Below, piece after piece: positions 10,501-18,625 of a stretch of DNA of 64,000 nucleotides (positions within the stretch are counted from its first letter, which is position 1; the number at the start of each line of letters is the position of its first letter). The translations under genes were made by a program, and so were the position numbers. Below the pieces are notes generated by a model. It was not told the origin of the DNA. It saw only the letters and a program-made list of their open reading frames with translations, and made no database searches. Origin of the DNA: an uncultured Chloroflexia bacterium (GTDB lineage: Bacteria; Chloroflexota; Limnocylindria; Limnocylindrales; CSP1-4); contig OY970306.1 of NCBI GenBank assembly GCA_963716375.1, forward strand, positions 3,202,441 to 3,266,440, in the 5' to 3' direction.

Positions 10501-11237
10501 GCGCCCGGTGGCGCGACGGACTGGAGTCGTGACGCGGTGTTGACGAGATCGCCCGCGACCATGCCCTGGTTCGTCGCCCCGATCGTCACGGCCGCCTCGC
10601 CCGTGAGCACGCCGGCCCGGCATTCGAGACCTTCGTCGCCGGACGTCCGGCCGAGCTGGCGGACGGCTTCCACGAGGTCCAGCGCCGCGCGGACGGCTCG
10701 CTCGGCATCGTCCTCCTGCGCGACGGGCGTCCCCCAGACGGCCATCACGGCGTCGCCGATGAACTTCTCGATCGTGCCGCCGTACCGCCCGACCACGTCG
10801 CGCGCGGCATCGAAGTAGCGGCTCAGGAACTCGCGGACCTGCTCCGGGTCGCTGCTGTCGGAGCGAGCCGTGAAGCCGACAAGATCCGCGAAGAGGACGC
10901 TGACGACCCGTCGTTCGGTGATCGGGGCGACGGGTGACCCGGCCGAGCCCATCGCGGACCCGAAGGACGCCGCAGCACCGGCGCCGCCGGTTGATCCCGG
11001 AGCGATCCCGCCGGCCCCGCCCACGGCAGCACCAGCGCCAGCGGCCGGGCCGGCGCCGGCGGCCGCGACGTCCAGCCGTTCGCCGCATTCGCCGCAGAAC
11101 CGCACCGTTGGACCGTTGGCGAAGCCGCAGTTCGGGCAGGTGCGAGCCAGCCTCGTGCCGCAATCACCACAGAATTTGCGGCCTGGCTCGGTGGCAGCGC
11201 CACACGTGGGGCAGAGCAACGGCATTCCTCGCGCCAA
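7542..11237 (-). CDS. Double zinc-ribbon / class III nucleotidyl cyclase / AAA (STAND-like) ATPase / TPR-like repeat protein, paralog 2
   Basis: Same architecture and motifs as paralog 1 (CPTCG..CGDCG, CPNCG..CGECG; FADLVGFT; KFIGDAVMAVWG; GDLVNTASRLQS; GQAGIGKS; LVFEDLHWAD). TTG start at 11237, or ATG at 11225. Confidence 0.9.
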   Translation of the reverse strand: MARGMPLLCPTCGAATEPGRKFCGDCGTRLARTCPNCGFANGPTVRFCGECGERLDVAAAGAGPAAGAGAAVGGAGGIAPGSTGGAGAAASFGSAMGSAGSPVAPITERRVVSVLFADLVGFTARSDSSDPEQVREFLSRYFDAARDVVGRYGGTIEKFIGDAVMAVWGTPVAQEDDAERAVRAALDLVEAVRQLGRTSGDEGLECRAGVLTGEAAVTIGATNQGMVAGDLVNTASRLQSVAPPGAVLVGEATERAANRAILFEPAGAQILKGKTAPVPAWRALRVVAERGGRNRTEGVEAPFVGRDDELRYLKDAYHATARERKSRLVSITGQAGIGKSRLAWEFSKYSDGLLETVRWHQGRSPAYGEGITFWALGEMIRRRAELVENDDETTTRLRIAATLAEFVPDEAERRWIEPSLLFLLGIGGAPAGGREELFAAWRTLFEWIATTEPTVLVFEDLHWADSGLLDFIDHLLDWSKNFPILVVTLSRPELLDRRPGWGAGRRNFIALSLEPLSELAMRQLLAGLVPGLPEQASQTILARAGGIPLYAVETIRMLVEEGRLELADGAYRPLGDLSELKVPESLQALVAARLDALEPADRALLQDASVLGQTFALAAVAAVSGQPADAVEPRLRDLSRREVLALDTDPRSPERGQYGFNQALIREVAYSTLAKRDRRARHLAAARYFEGIGDDELAGVLATHYLAAYEASPEGPEADAVAVQARLALKGAAERAAGLGSHDQAIAYLRQALTVTTDQAEMGELLERAGASASAAGRHEEATAFLRRAIETHRQRGDRSATARATAALGSSLLQGYESQAAIDTLEPAAAEFADLVDDPNLVALNGQLARAAYYVEDFVRAQAIAEGVLGAAERLDLLPIIADTLVTRGMGHALSGRVYEGAGALEAALRLAESRGFVGTIIRARINLGGTFWWRDPRVAVAASQPGLEVARRFGRRSEGIILLSNAALAAIRLGDWDWAQGELEALLTSDREPADLAIIYQTVVVIRAYRGGDVAEMLAELESLLIDETDPQNRADLRRAQASVALMNGDLSRAFDLSIEAASSSWVNGPAPIAWAGRAATWAGDVSRVRSSLERHVASAQHGPALELERITMRAAIAGLEGRTSEAVALYRDAFRGWRELGCRFDFALAAIDAATVLGVGEAEIDAAATESSDFLTSVGATPFLARLDAGRVTTGAPVGGARRPSRDPGAAGDARPTVGTHGSHEAAP

Positions 11238-11328
11238 TGGAACTGGAGGGTCCAGCGTAGTCCGTGACCCGGATCGCGTCGAGACGCTGCCGCAATCGGG
11301 GCCCGGCTGGGCTCGCTACGATGATGCC

Positions 11329-12306
11329 ATGTCAGATTCGATTGCCCCGGCAAATCCCCCCGGTCAGGCGGCGCCCCTGACCCTGATGAGCGTCCACGCC
11401 CACCCGGACGATGAGACGATCGGCACGGGCGGGTCCATGGCCAAGGCCGCCGAGGCAGGCCGGCGCGTCGTCCTCGTCACCTGCACGCGCGGCGAGATGG
11501 GCGACATCGTCGTCCCGGAGCTGGACACGCCGGACAACCACCGCCGCCTCGGGGAGCTGCGAGCCGCGGAGCTGGAGGAGGCCGTCGCCGCGCTCGGCCT
11601 GACCGAGTGGGAGAACCTCGGCTACCGCGACTCGGACATGATGGGCCGGCCCGGCAACCTCGATCCGCGCTGCTTCTGGCAGGCGGATCTCGATGAGGCG
11701 ATCGGCCGCCTGGTCTGGTTCGTCCGGCGGTACCGGCCGCAGGTCATCACCACCTATAACGCATTCGGCGGCTACGGCCATCCCGACCACATCCGGACGC
11801 ACCTGGTGGCGATCGGAGCCTTCGAGCGGGCGGGCGATCCGCTGGCCTACACGAAGCAGCTGGCGAACGACCTCGGCGGCGACGGTCCACCGGTCGCCGA
11901 GGGCGGTCTCGAGCCCTGGACGCCGCTCAAGCTCTACGAGCAGGCGTTCCCGCGTTCGCGCCGCGAGGCGATGTCGGCCGCGGCGGAAGCCATGGGCCAG
12001 ACGACGCCGTGGTCACGGCCGACCGATCCGGACAAGGTCGCCGAGTGGGAATCGTTCATGAGCCGGGCGACCGTGGACGATGCCCTGATCACCACGCGGA
12101 TTGACGTGTCCGACTACATCGAGCACCGGTACCGGGCGATGGAGGCCCACCGCACGCAGATCTCCGAGTCGAGCCCGTTCTTCATGATGCGGCAGCTGCC
12201 GCGGGAAGCCCTGCTCGAATTCGCGGGCACGGAGACCTTCGTCCGCCGTGAATCGCGGGTCGAGGCGCCGCTCCCCGAAACGGATCTCTTCGCGGGTCTC
12301 GCCTGA
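11329..12306 (+). CDS. mca: PIG-L family deacetylase, mycothiol S-conjugate amidase (Mca)/MshB-like
   Basis: ATG at 11329 inside ORF 10870..12306. Motifs VHAHPDDE and GGYGHPDHIRTH. C-terminal PETDLFAGL resembles mycobacterial Mca. Confidence 0.75.
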   Translation: MSDSIAPANPPGQAAPLTLMSVHAHPDDETIGTGGSMAKAAEAGRRVVLVTCTRGEMGDIVVPELDTPDNHRRLGELRAAELEEAVAALGLTEWENLGYRDSDMMGRPGNLDPRCFWQADLDEAIGRLVWFVRRYRPQVITTYNAFGGYGHPDHIRTHLVAIGAFERAGDPLAYTKQLANDLGGDGPPVAEGGLEPWTPLKLYEQAFPRSRREAMSAAAEAMGQTTPWSRPTDPDKVAEWESFMSRATVDDALITTRIDVSDYIEHRYRAMEAHRTQISESSPFFMMRQLPREALLEFAGTETFVRRESRVEAPLPETDLFAGLA

Positions 12307-12379
12307 TACGAGGCGGCGGAGCCGGACATGAGAAGCGCCCCATCCGGGCGGCGGACGGGGCGCAGGAATGTGCGGAGAT

Positions 12380-12456
12380 GGCGGACCCGACCGGATTCGA
12401 ACCGGCGATCTCCAGCGTGACAGGCTGGCATGTTGGGCCGCTACACCACGGGTCCC
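12380..12456 (-). tRNA. tRNA-Asp (anticodon GTC), CCA encoded
   Basis: Reverse complement GGACCCGTGGTGTAGCGGCCCAACATGCCAGCCTGTCACGCTGGAGATCGCCGGTTCGAATCCGGTCGGGTCCGCCA folds as a cloverleaf. Acceptor GGACCCG/CGGGTCC, anticodon loop CTGTCAC, T-loop TTCGAAT. Confidence 0.92.
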
Positions 12457-12583
12457 CGGCCGAGGCGCGAGGATAGCAGGTGCGCGGGGACCTGTCTGCG
12501 TCCACAGTGGCTGAGCCGTTCTGGCTCGCGCCACGGGACCGCGCGACCGGGGAATCCGGTCACTCGACGGTATACTCGCCGCC

Positions 12584-13783
12584 ATGCCGTTGATCGACCT
12601 GCGCAGCGACACCGTGACCAAACCGACGCCGGAGATGCGCCGCGCCATGGCCGAGGCCGAGGTCGGCGACGACGTCCTGGGCGACGATCCAACCGTGATC
12701 GAGCTCGAGGAGCGGGCCGCCGAGCTGCTCGGCAAGGAAGCCGGCCTGTTCGTCTCGAGTGGGACGCAGGGCAACCTCGTCGCCCAGCTCGCCCATCTCC
12801 AGCGCGGGATGGAGACGATCGCGGGCACCCAGACGCACATCATCGTCGACGAGGCGGGCGGCCATGCCGTCATCGTCCGGACGACGGTGACGCCGATCCC
12901 CGAACGGCCGGACGGAACGATGGCGCTGGCCGACATCGAGGCCGCGTTTCGCGAGGACGACGTCCACGAGCCGATCAGCGGCATGGTCGCCATCGAGAAC
13001 ACCCACGCGATGTCGATGGCCCAGCCGCTCTCGGCCGGCTACACGGCCGACGTCGCTGCGATCGCCCACCGCCATGGCGTGCCCCTCCACGTCGACGGCG
13101 CCCGGTTCTTCAACGCCGTCGTCGCCCAGGGCGTGAGGCCGACGGATCTGTCCGGCCCGGCCGACTCGATCACGTTCTGCCTCTCGAAGGGGCTCGCCTG
13201 CCCGGCCGGCTCGATGGTCGTCGGCTCGCGCGACTTCATCTTCCGCGCCCGGCGCGCCCGCAAGATGGTCGGCGGCGGGATGCGCCAGGTCGGGGTCATG
13301 GCGGCGCCCGGTCTGATCGCACTGCGCGACGGTCCCGCGGGCATGATCGAGCGCCTGGCCGAGGATCACGCCAACGCCCGACGCCTCGGCGAAGCGTTCG
13401 CGACGATGCCCGGCATCGTCTCGGCCGGCGACCTCGCCCAGCCGGCGCCCGGCCCGTTCGATCCCGACCGCGTCCGGACCAACTTCGTCCTGTTCAAGGT
13501 GGAGCGCGATCGGGCGGCCTTCATCGAGGCCATGGCCGACCGCAACATCCTCCTCGTCGGGTACCCCCATGGCCAGATTCGCGCCGCGACCCACTACGGC
13601 ATTACGGCCGCGGACATCGACCTCGTGATCAGGACCGTCGCCGACGTGCTTCGGGAAACGGCCGTTCGGCGCGTCTCCGACGACCTCGACCGGGGCGGCG
13701 ATCCGAGCAGCGCCAATCCCGAAGCGGCCGCCGGGGCCGACGCTCGCCGCCCCGATCGTCCACGGGTCGTCATCGCCCACTGA
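12584..13783 (+). CDS. ltaE: Low-specificity L-threonine aldolase (PLP-dependent)
   Basis: N-terminus MPLIDLRSDTVTKPTPEMRRAMAEAEVGDDVLGDDPTV and SGTQGNL are typical of LtaE/GLY1. It has an unusually long C-terminal tail. Confidence 0.85.
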   Translation: MPLIDLRSDTVTKPTPEMRRAMAEAEVGDDVLGDDPTVIELEERAAELLGKEAGLFVSSGTQGNLVAQLAHLQRGMETIAGTQTHIIVDEAGGHAVIVRTTVTPIPERPDGTMALADIEAAFREDDVHEPISGMVAIENTHAMSMAQPLSAGYTADVAAIAHRHGVPLHVDGARFFNAVVAQGVRPTDLSGPADSITFCLSKGLACPAGSMVVGSRDFIFRARRARKMVGGGMRQVGVMAAPGLIALRDGPAGMIERLAEDHANARRLGEAFATMPGIVSAGDLAQPAPGPFDPDRVRTNFVLFKVERDRAAFIEAMADRNILLVGYPHGQIRAATHYGITAADIDLVIRTVADVLRETAVRRVSDDLDRGGDPSSANPEAAAGADARRPDRPRVVIAH

Positions 13784-13793
13784 TTCCCTGCCG

Positions 13794-15606
13794 ATGTCCC
13801 GGCCGATGTCGCATCGGCTCGACCACCTGACCGCCCGATCGCCGGGCCCGCGCTCCGGGAGGACGCTCGTGACACAACCAGGCAACCGCTCCCTCGCCAA
13901 CGTGGTGCTGACCCGGCCGGAAGCCGGCGCCGATGGACCGCTCGACAACCGGCTCTACGACCTGGTCGAGGCGCGCTTCCGCAAGGCCCTCGGCGACCAT
14001 CCTTCCTTTGCGACCTTCGTGGGCATCCACACCGAGGACGAGCGCCTCGGCGACGGCACGCGCGATGCGATCGAGGGCGAGCTCGCGGCCGACCGGATCC
14101 ACCTCGCCGCGGTGGAGGCGATCGATCCGGCCGGGCTCTCGGCCACCGGCCGGTTCGAGCGCGACCTCGAGATCCACAACCTCCGGCGCTCGATCTTCGA
14201 CACGGACGTCCATCGCGTCTGGGAGCGTCGCTCGACGGCGATCGACGGGATCGGGGACGCGTTGTTCGCCGTCTTCGCCCGTGACTTCGCGCCGCTGCCG
14301 GAGCGCCTTCAGTCGATGATCGGCCCGCCTGGAGGGAGTGCCGGTCTATCTCGATCAGCACCGGACCCGGGCGACGGCGGCGCCCGTCCGCCTGTGGCAG
14401 GAACTCGAGATCGAATCGGTTGCGGAGATCCCTTCCCTCTTCGACGAGATCGTTGCGGCCGGGCAGGGCGTGCTGGCCGAACCGGAGCAGCGGCGACTCG
14501 AGCGGGCCTCGAACCGCGCCAAGGAGGCGATCGAGGCCTACGGCACGTGGCTGCGCGGCACGATGGCCGGCGCGGTCGATGACTGGGAGCTCGGCCGCGA
14601 CCGGCTCGACGAGCTCGTCGCCCTGCGGGCGTTCGACGGCCTCGACGCCGACGCGATCCTCGAGATCGGCGAGCGGCAGCTGGCCGAGAACAAGGCCGCC
14701 CGCGTGCGGGCGGCGCACGAAGTCGATCCGACCGTCGACGAGCCGGCCGTCGTCGATCGGCTCAAGCGCGATCATCCGGCGACGTTCGACGAGGCGCTGA
14801 CGGCCTATCGCGACGTGATGATCCGGTCCCGCCAGTACCTGATCGACCACGGCATCGTGACCGTCCCGCCGGACGAGCGGATCCAGGTCATCGCGACACC
14901 CGAGTACCTGCGCAACGTGCTCCCGTTCGCGGCGTATTTCGAGCCGCCCAAGTTCGACACGAATCCCGACGGCATCTATGTCGTCACTCCATCCGTCGGC
15001 GACGATCCCCACGCCATGCGCGAGCACAACTACAGCTCGATCAGCAACACGAGCATCCACGAGGCCTACCCCGGCCACCACCTGCAGCTCTCCGTGGCCA
15101 ACCGGCATCCCTCGCTGACCCGCCTCGTCACGGAAGCGCCCGAGTTCACCGAGGGCTGGGGCATGTACAGCGAGCAGATGATGCGCGAGCAGGGCTTCGA
15201 TGCCGCCGCCAACTTCCGCCTGAACATGTACACGGACGCCATCTGGCGGGCCTGCCGGATCATCCTCGACGTGCGAATGCACCGGGGCGAGATGAGCGTG
15301 GACGAGGCCATCGCGTTCCTGATCGAGCACACGAGCTTCGAGGAGGCGAATGCCCGGGCCGAGGTCCACCGCTATACCTACACCCCGACCTACCAGCTGA
15401 GCTACCTCCTGGGCAAGGTCCTGCTGCTCCAGCTCCGCTCCGACGAGCAGCGACGGCTCGGCGGCCGCTTCAGCCTGATGGGCTTCCATGACACGCTCCT
15501 GCGCAACGGCAGCCTGCCGATCAGCTTCCATCGCCGGCTGCTCGCCGAAGAGGTGGCCGCAGAGCGCGGCGCCGGCGGGGGTCCCAGCGCCCGGGCGGCG
15601 CGATGA
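13794..15606 (+). pseudogene. DUF885-family protein, frame broken near 14319 (frameshift or sequencing indel)
   Basis: The N-terminal part is in ORF 13794..14582 and the rest in ORF 14338..15606 (HEAYPGHHLQ, EGWGMYSEQMM). Removing one G from atcggcccgcc restores ...IARLEGVPVYLDQ... Confidence 0.75.
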
Positions 15607-15700
15607 GTCCGGCCCTTCGCCCGGGCGGCGCGACGAGTCCGGTCCAGCGTCCGGGCGGCGCGACGAGTTCGGCGCTTCGACCGGGCGCGCGGCGCAGCCT
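15581..15700. repeat. 30-bp tandem repeat, about 3.3 copies
   Basis: Units at 15591-15620, 15621-15650 and 15651-15680 (ccgggcggcgcga[t/c]gag[t]tc...), plus a partial fourth. The first unit contains the DUF885 stop codon (TGA at 15604-15606). Confidence 0.85.
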
Positions 15701-15712
15701 CGTCCTCGCCCC

Positions 15713-16414
15713 GTGCTGGTGATCCCGTCGATCGATCTCCAGGCCGGCCGCTCTCGCGTCGTCTACTGGCCCGGCGCCTCGACCGGCATCGGCGCCCCGA
15801 CGGACCGTCCGGAGGCGATCGCGGAGCAATTCAGCGGCCTCGGCGCGAAGATTGTCCATCTCGTCGACTTCGACGGGGCGCGCAGTGGTACACCGGTCAA
15901 CCTCGAGGCCGTCGGCCGCGTCGCGTCGCGCGTGGCAAACCCGATCCAGCTCGCCGGCGGCCTGGAAGGCGCGGACAACATCCGCCTGGCGTTCGCCGCC
16001 GGGGCGACGCGCGTCGTCCTCGCGATGAGCGTCGTCGATCAGCCGCAGGTGCTCCGCGACTGCGTCGCTGTGGCCGGTGACTGGCTGGCCGTCGGGCTCG
16101 ATCCGCGTCCGGACCGGTTCGCCGCGTTCGGCTGGCGGCGGGATCGGGTGCCGACCCTCGCCGAGCTCGTCGGCGAGCTGGCGGATGCCGGCGTCGCCCG
16201 GTTCGTGCTGACGCATGGGGGCAGCACGCCCGACCTCGATCTGCTCGAGTCGATCGTCCGGCTCGTCAACGCCGACGTCCTGGTGGCGGGCGGCGTGACC
16301 GACATCGACGGCATCCGGCGTCTTCGCGACGCCGGAGTGCATGGCGTCATCCTCGGGGAGGTTCTCCTCTCCGGGGCCATCGAATTCCCAGCCGCCCTGG
16401 AGGCAGCCGCATGA
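15713..16414 (+). CDS. HisA/HisF-family (beta/alpha)8-barrel protein, divergent paralog
   Basis: GTG at 15713 in frame of ORF 15488..16414. Motifs VIPSIDLQAGRSRVV, VHLVDFDGA, IQLAGGL, VLVAGGV and GVILGEVL are HisA-like, but the TDIxRDG-type motif reads THGGSTPD. Confidence 0.65.
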   Translation: MLVIPSIDLQAGRSRVVYWPGASTGIGAPTDRPEAIAEQFSGLGAKIVHLVDFDGARSGTPVNLEAVGRVASRVANPIQLAGGLEGADNIRLAFAAGATRVVLAMSVVDQPQVLRDCVAVAGDWLAVGLDPRPDRFAAFGWRRDRVPTLAELVGELADAGVARFVLTHGGSTPDLDLLESIVRLVNADVLVAGGVTDIDGIRRLRDAGVHGVILGEVLLSGAIEFPAALEAAA

Positions 16415-17166
16415 ATCCCTCGTTCCCGCGTCATCGCGTCGACCTTCGCGTCGGACGCCGTATCGGCCAGGTCGCCGCGCTCGCAGCGTCGCTGATGCTC
16501 GTCGCCGCCTGCTCGTCCGGCGCGGCGTCACCGAGCCCCAGCGCGACAGCCACGAACGCCCCGGGCGCGGTGCCACCCTCGGCCGCGGCCTCGGCAGCCG
16601 CTCCGTCCGCCGGCGCCTCGTCGGCGGCGGCCGCGTGCCCGACGAAGGCGCCGCCGCCACTGCCGGCCGATCAGGTCCGGATCGTCACCCTGAATACGAC
16701 GGCGGGCACAATCGTCATCAAGGTCGCCGGTGCTCTCGGCCCGAGGGCCGCCGGCAACTTCGTAGCGCTCTCGTCGTGCGGCTATTACGACGGCACGATC
16801 TTCCATCGACTCGTGCCCGGGTTCGTCATCCAGGGCGGCGATGGCCAATTCGGCCGCGTGCCCAACGTCGATTCGAGCCATGTCGGCCAGGGCGGTCCCG
16901 GCTACGAGTTCAAGGACGATCCCGTGCACGGCTCATATACCCGGGGCGTCGTCGCGATGGCCAACTCGGGCCCGGACACGAACGGCAGCCAGTTCTTCAT
17001 CGTGCTGGCCGATGTCTCGCTGGATCCGAACTACTCGATCTTCGGCAACGTGTCGTCGGGCATGGAGGTCGTCGACAAGATCGCCGCTATGCCGAACAGC
17101 GGCCCGCCGAACAACCAGGCGCTGACGCCCGTTTCGATCACCACGGCGACCGTGGCGTATCCCTGA
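16411..17166 (+). CDS. Lipoprotein cyclophilin-type peptidyl-prolyl cis-trans isomerase
   Basis: Signal peptide with lipobox LVAAC and an Ala/Ser/Pro linker. Cyclophilin motifs YYDGTIFHRLVPGFVIQGGD and MANSGPDTNGSQFFIV. ATGA overlap with the upstream gene. Confidence 0.85.
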   Translation: MNPSFPRHRVDLRVGRRIGQVAALAASLMLVAACSSGAASPSPSATATNAPGAVPPSAAASAAAPSAGASSAAAACPTKAPPPLPADQVRIVTLNTTAGTIVIKVAGALGPRAAGNFVALSSCGYYDGTIFHRLVPGFVIQGGDGQFGRVPNVDSSHVGQGGPGYEFKDDPVHGSYTRGVVAMANSGPDTNGSQFFIVLADVSLDPNYSIFGNVSSGMEVVDKIAAMPNSGPPNNQALTPVSITTATVAYP

Positions 17167-17220
17167 TCGACGCTCCTGAGTTCCTGACCGGCAGGAACTC
17201 GGAGCTGCTGGATCGCGCGT

Positions 17221-17253
17221 TGCCCTCGCCCGCGCCGACGACGAGCGAGGGCA
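17221..17253 (+). terminator. Hairpin without U-tract downstream of the lipoprotein cyclophilin gene
   Basis: TGCCCTCGC (17221-17229) pairs with GCGAGGGCA (17245-17253), with a 15-nt loop. Confidence 0.35.
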
Positions 17254-17280
17254 GGGAGCGCTGGCGCCGGAATTCTGACC

Positions 17281-17332
17281 ATCTGGTCAGACCATGTGGT
17301 CAGACCTTCTGGTCGGATCTTCTGAGCAGCCC
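17281..17332. repeat. 13-bp tandem repeat, 4 decaying copies
   Basis: atctggtcagacc / atgtggtcagacc / ttctggtcggatc / ttctgagcagccc. Preceded by a palindrome tctgacca-tc-tggtcaga (about 17274-17291). Confidence 0.6.
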
Positions 17333-17388
17333 TTCCGGCGGACCTCCAGGGAGGCTGGCGGCCGGACACGACCGGACCGACGGACGAG

Positions 17389-18603
17389 TCAGGCCTCGAC
17401 GGGGGTGCGGGCGGCCACTGCCGCGCGAAGTCCCTCAACGACCAGCGGCGCCTCGTCAGGCTCCACGAACATCGGGTTGAGCGCGATCGTGTCGATGCCC
17501 CAGGGTCGGGTGGCGATGCCCGGATCGCCGAGCCGGAGGGCGTCCATCAGGGCATCGCGTTCCGCGGTGCCGCCCGACTCGAGCGTCACGAAGACCTGGG
17601 GGAGTGGCTCGCCGACGACGCCGCGAGGATGTCGGGCGACCGAGATCCCGGGCACGTCCGCGAGCCCCTCGAGCCAGCTCGCCACGATCGCTTCGCAGGC
17701 CCGCTCGTGGGCTGCCTCGTCCGTCGAGGTCGCCCATTCGACCGCGGCGAGGATGCCGAGGAGTTCCTCCTTGCCGACCTTCATGGGGCGCCCGAACGAA
17801 TGGCTCGGGTTGGCGTTCGCCAGGCACGCCTCGATGAGTTCGCTGCGGCCGACGACGAGCCCGGTGGTCTGGGGGCCGCGAAGCGCCTTGCCGCCGCTGA
17901 AGACGGCAAGGTCGGCGCCGTCGATCGCGGTGAATCGCCGGAGGTTCGATGCCGGGGGCACCTGCCCGGCAGCATCGACGATGACCGGCACGCCGGCGGC
18001 GTGGGCAATTTCGACGACCTCCGGCAGCGGCAGCGCCCCCGGCTCGTACATCGAGCCCGCGAAGACCAGGACGCAGGCCGTTCGTGGCCCGATCGCGGCA
18101 CGCAACTCGGCGGCCAGCGCGGCTGGCGCGAGGTCCGCGGACGCGCCGCCGTCGACAGCCGTGCCAGTGCCCGCGGCACCGCCATCCGGGGCACCGCCAT
18201 CCGCCTCGCCGATCTCGACCAGCCGGACACCCGTCATCCGCGCCGAGTAGTCGTAGCCGTTCCGCTGCGACCGCTGGATCACCACCTCCCGATCGCCCGG
18301 CACCGGGAATGCCTGGGTCGCCGCCGGGTCCCGGCCCGCAACGCAGGCTGCGACTGCGATCGCCACGCCGGCCGCGGCACCACTCGAGACGAAGCAGGCC
18401 TCGTTGCCGGTCAGATCGGCGATCCGCGCCCCGACCCGCCGCTGCAGCACGTCGAGTTCCAGGAAGACGTCCGATGCCTCGGCCATGGCGGCCGCCACGC
18501 CCGGCGCCAGCCGGGACCCGCCGAACATCGTGTAGGCGCCGGCGGCATTGATCAGGGGCGGGACGCCGAGCGCCCCCAGCCGGTTCGCCGGTTCATCGCT
18601 CAT
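17389..18603 (-). CDS. SelA-like / DgaE-like PLP-dependent enzyme
   Basis: Start MSDEPANR at 18603. INAAGAYTMFGGS, SSGAAAG and FSGGKALRGPQTTG (candidate PLP lysine) resemble the SelA-related family. Confidence 0.7.
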   Translation of the reverse strand: MSDEPANRLGALGVPPLINAAGAYTMFGGSRLAPGVAAAMAEASDVFLELDVLQRRVGARIADLTGNEACFVSSGAAAGVAIAVAACVAGRDPAATQAFPVPGDREVVIQRSQRNGYDYSARMTGVRLVEIGEADGGAPDGGAAGTGTAVDGGASADLAPAALAAELRAAIGPRTACVLVFAGSMYEPGALPLPEVVEIAHAAGVPVIVDAAGQVPPASNLRRFTAIDGADLAVFSGGKALRGPQTTGLVVGRSELIEACLANANPSHSFGRPMKVGKEELLGILAAVEWATSTDEAAHERACEAIVASWLEGLADVPGISVARHPRGVVGEPLPQVFVTLESGGTAERDALMDALRLGDPGIATRPWGIDTIALNPMFVEPDEAPLVVEGLRAAVAARTPVEA

Positions 18604-18625
18604 GCCCGGCCCAGGGCGCAGCGAC

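Noticed and set aside
15581-15700. Tandem repeats considered as a possible CRISPR array.
   Set aside because: The units are directly adjacent with no unique spacers. There are only about 3 copies, and no cas genes occur anywhere in the window.
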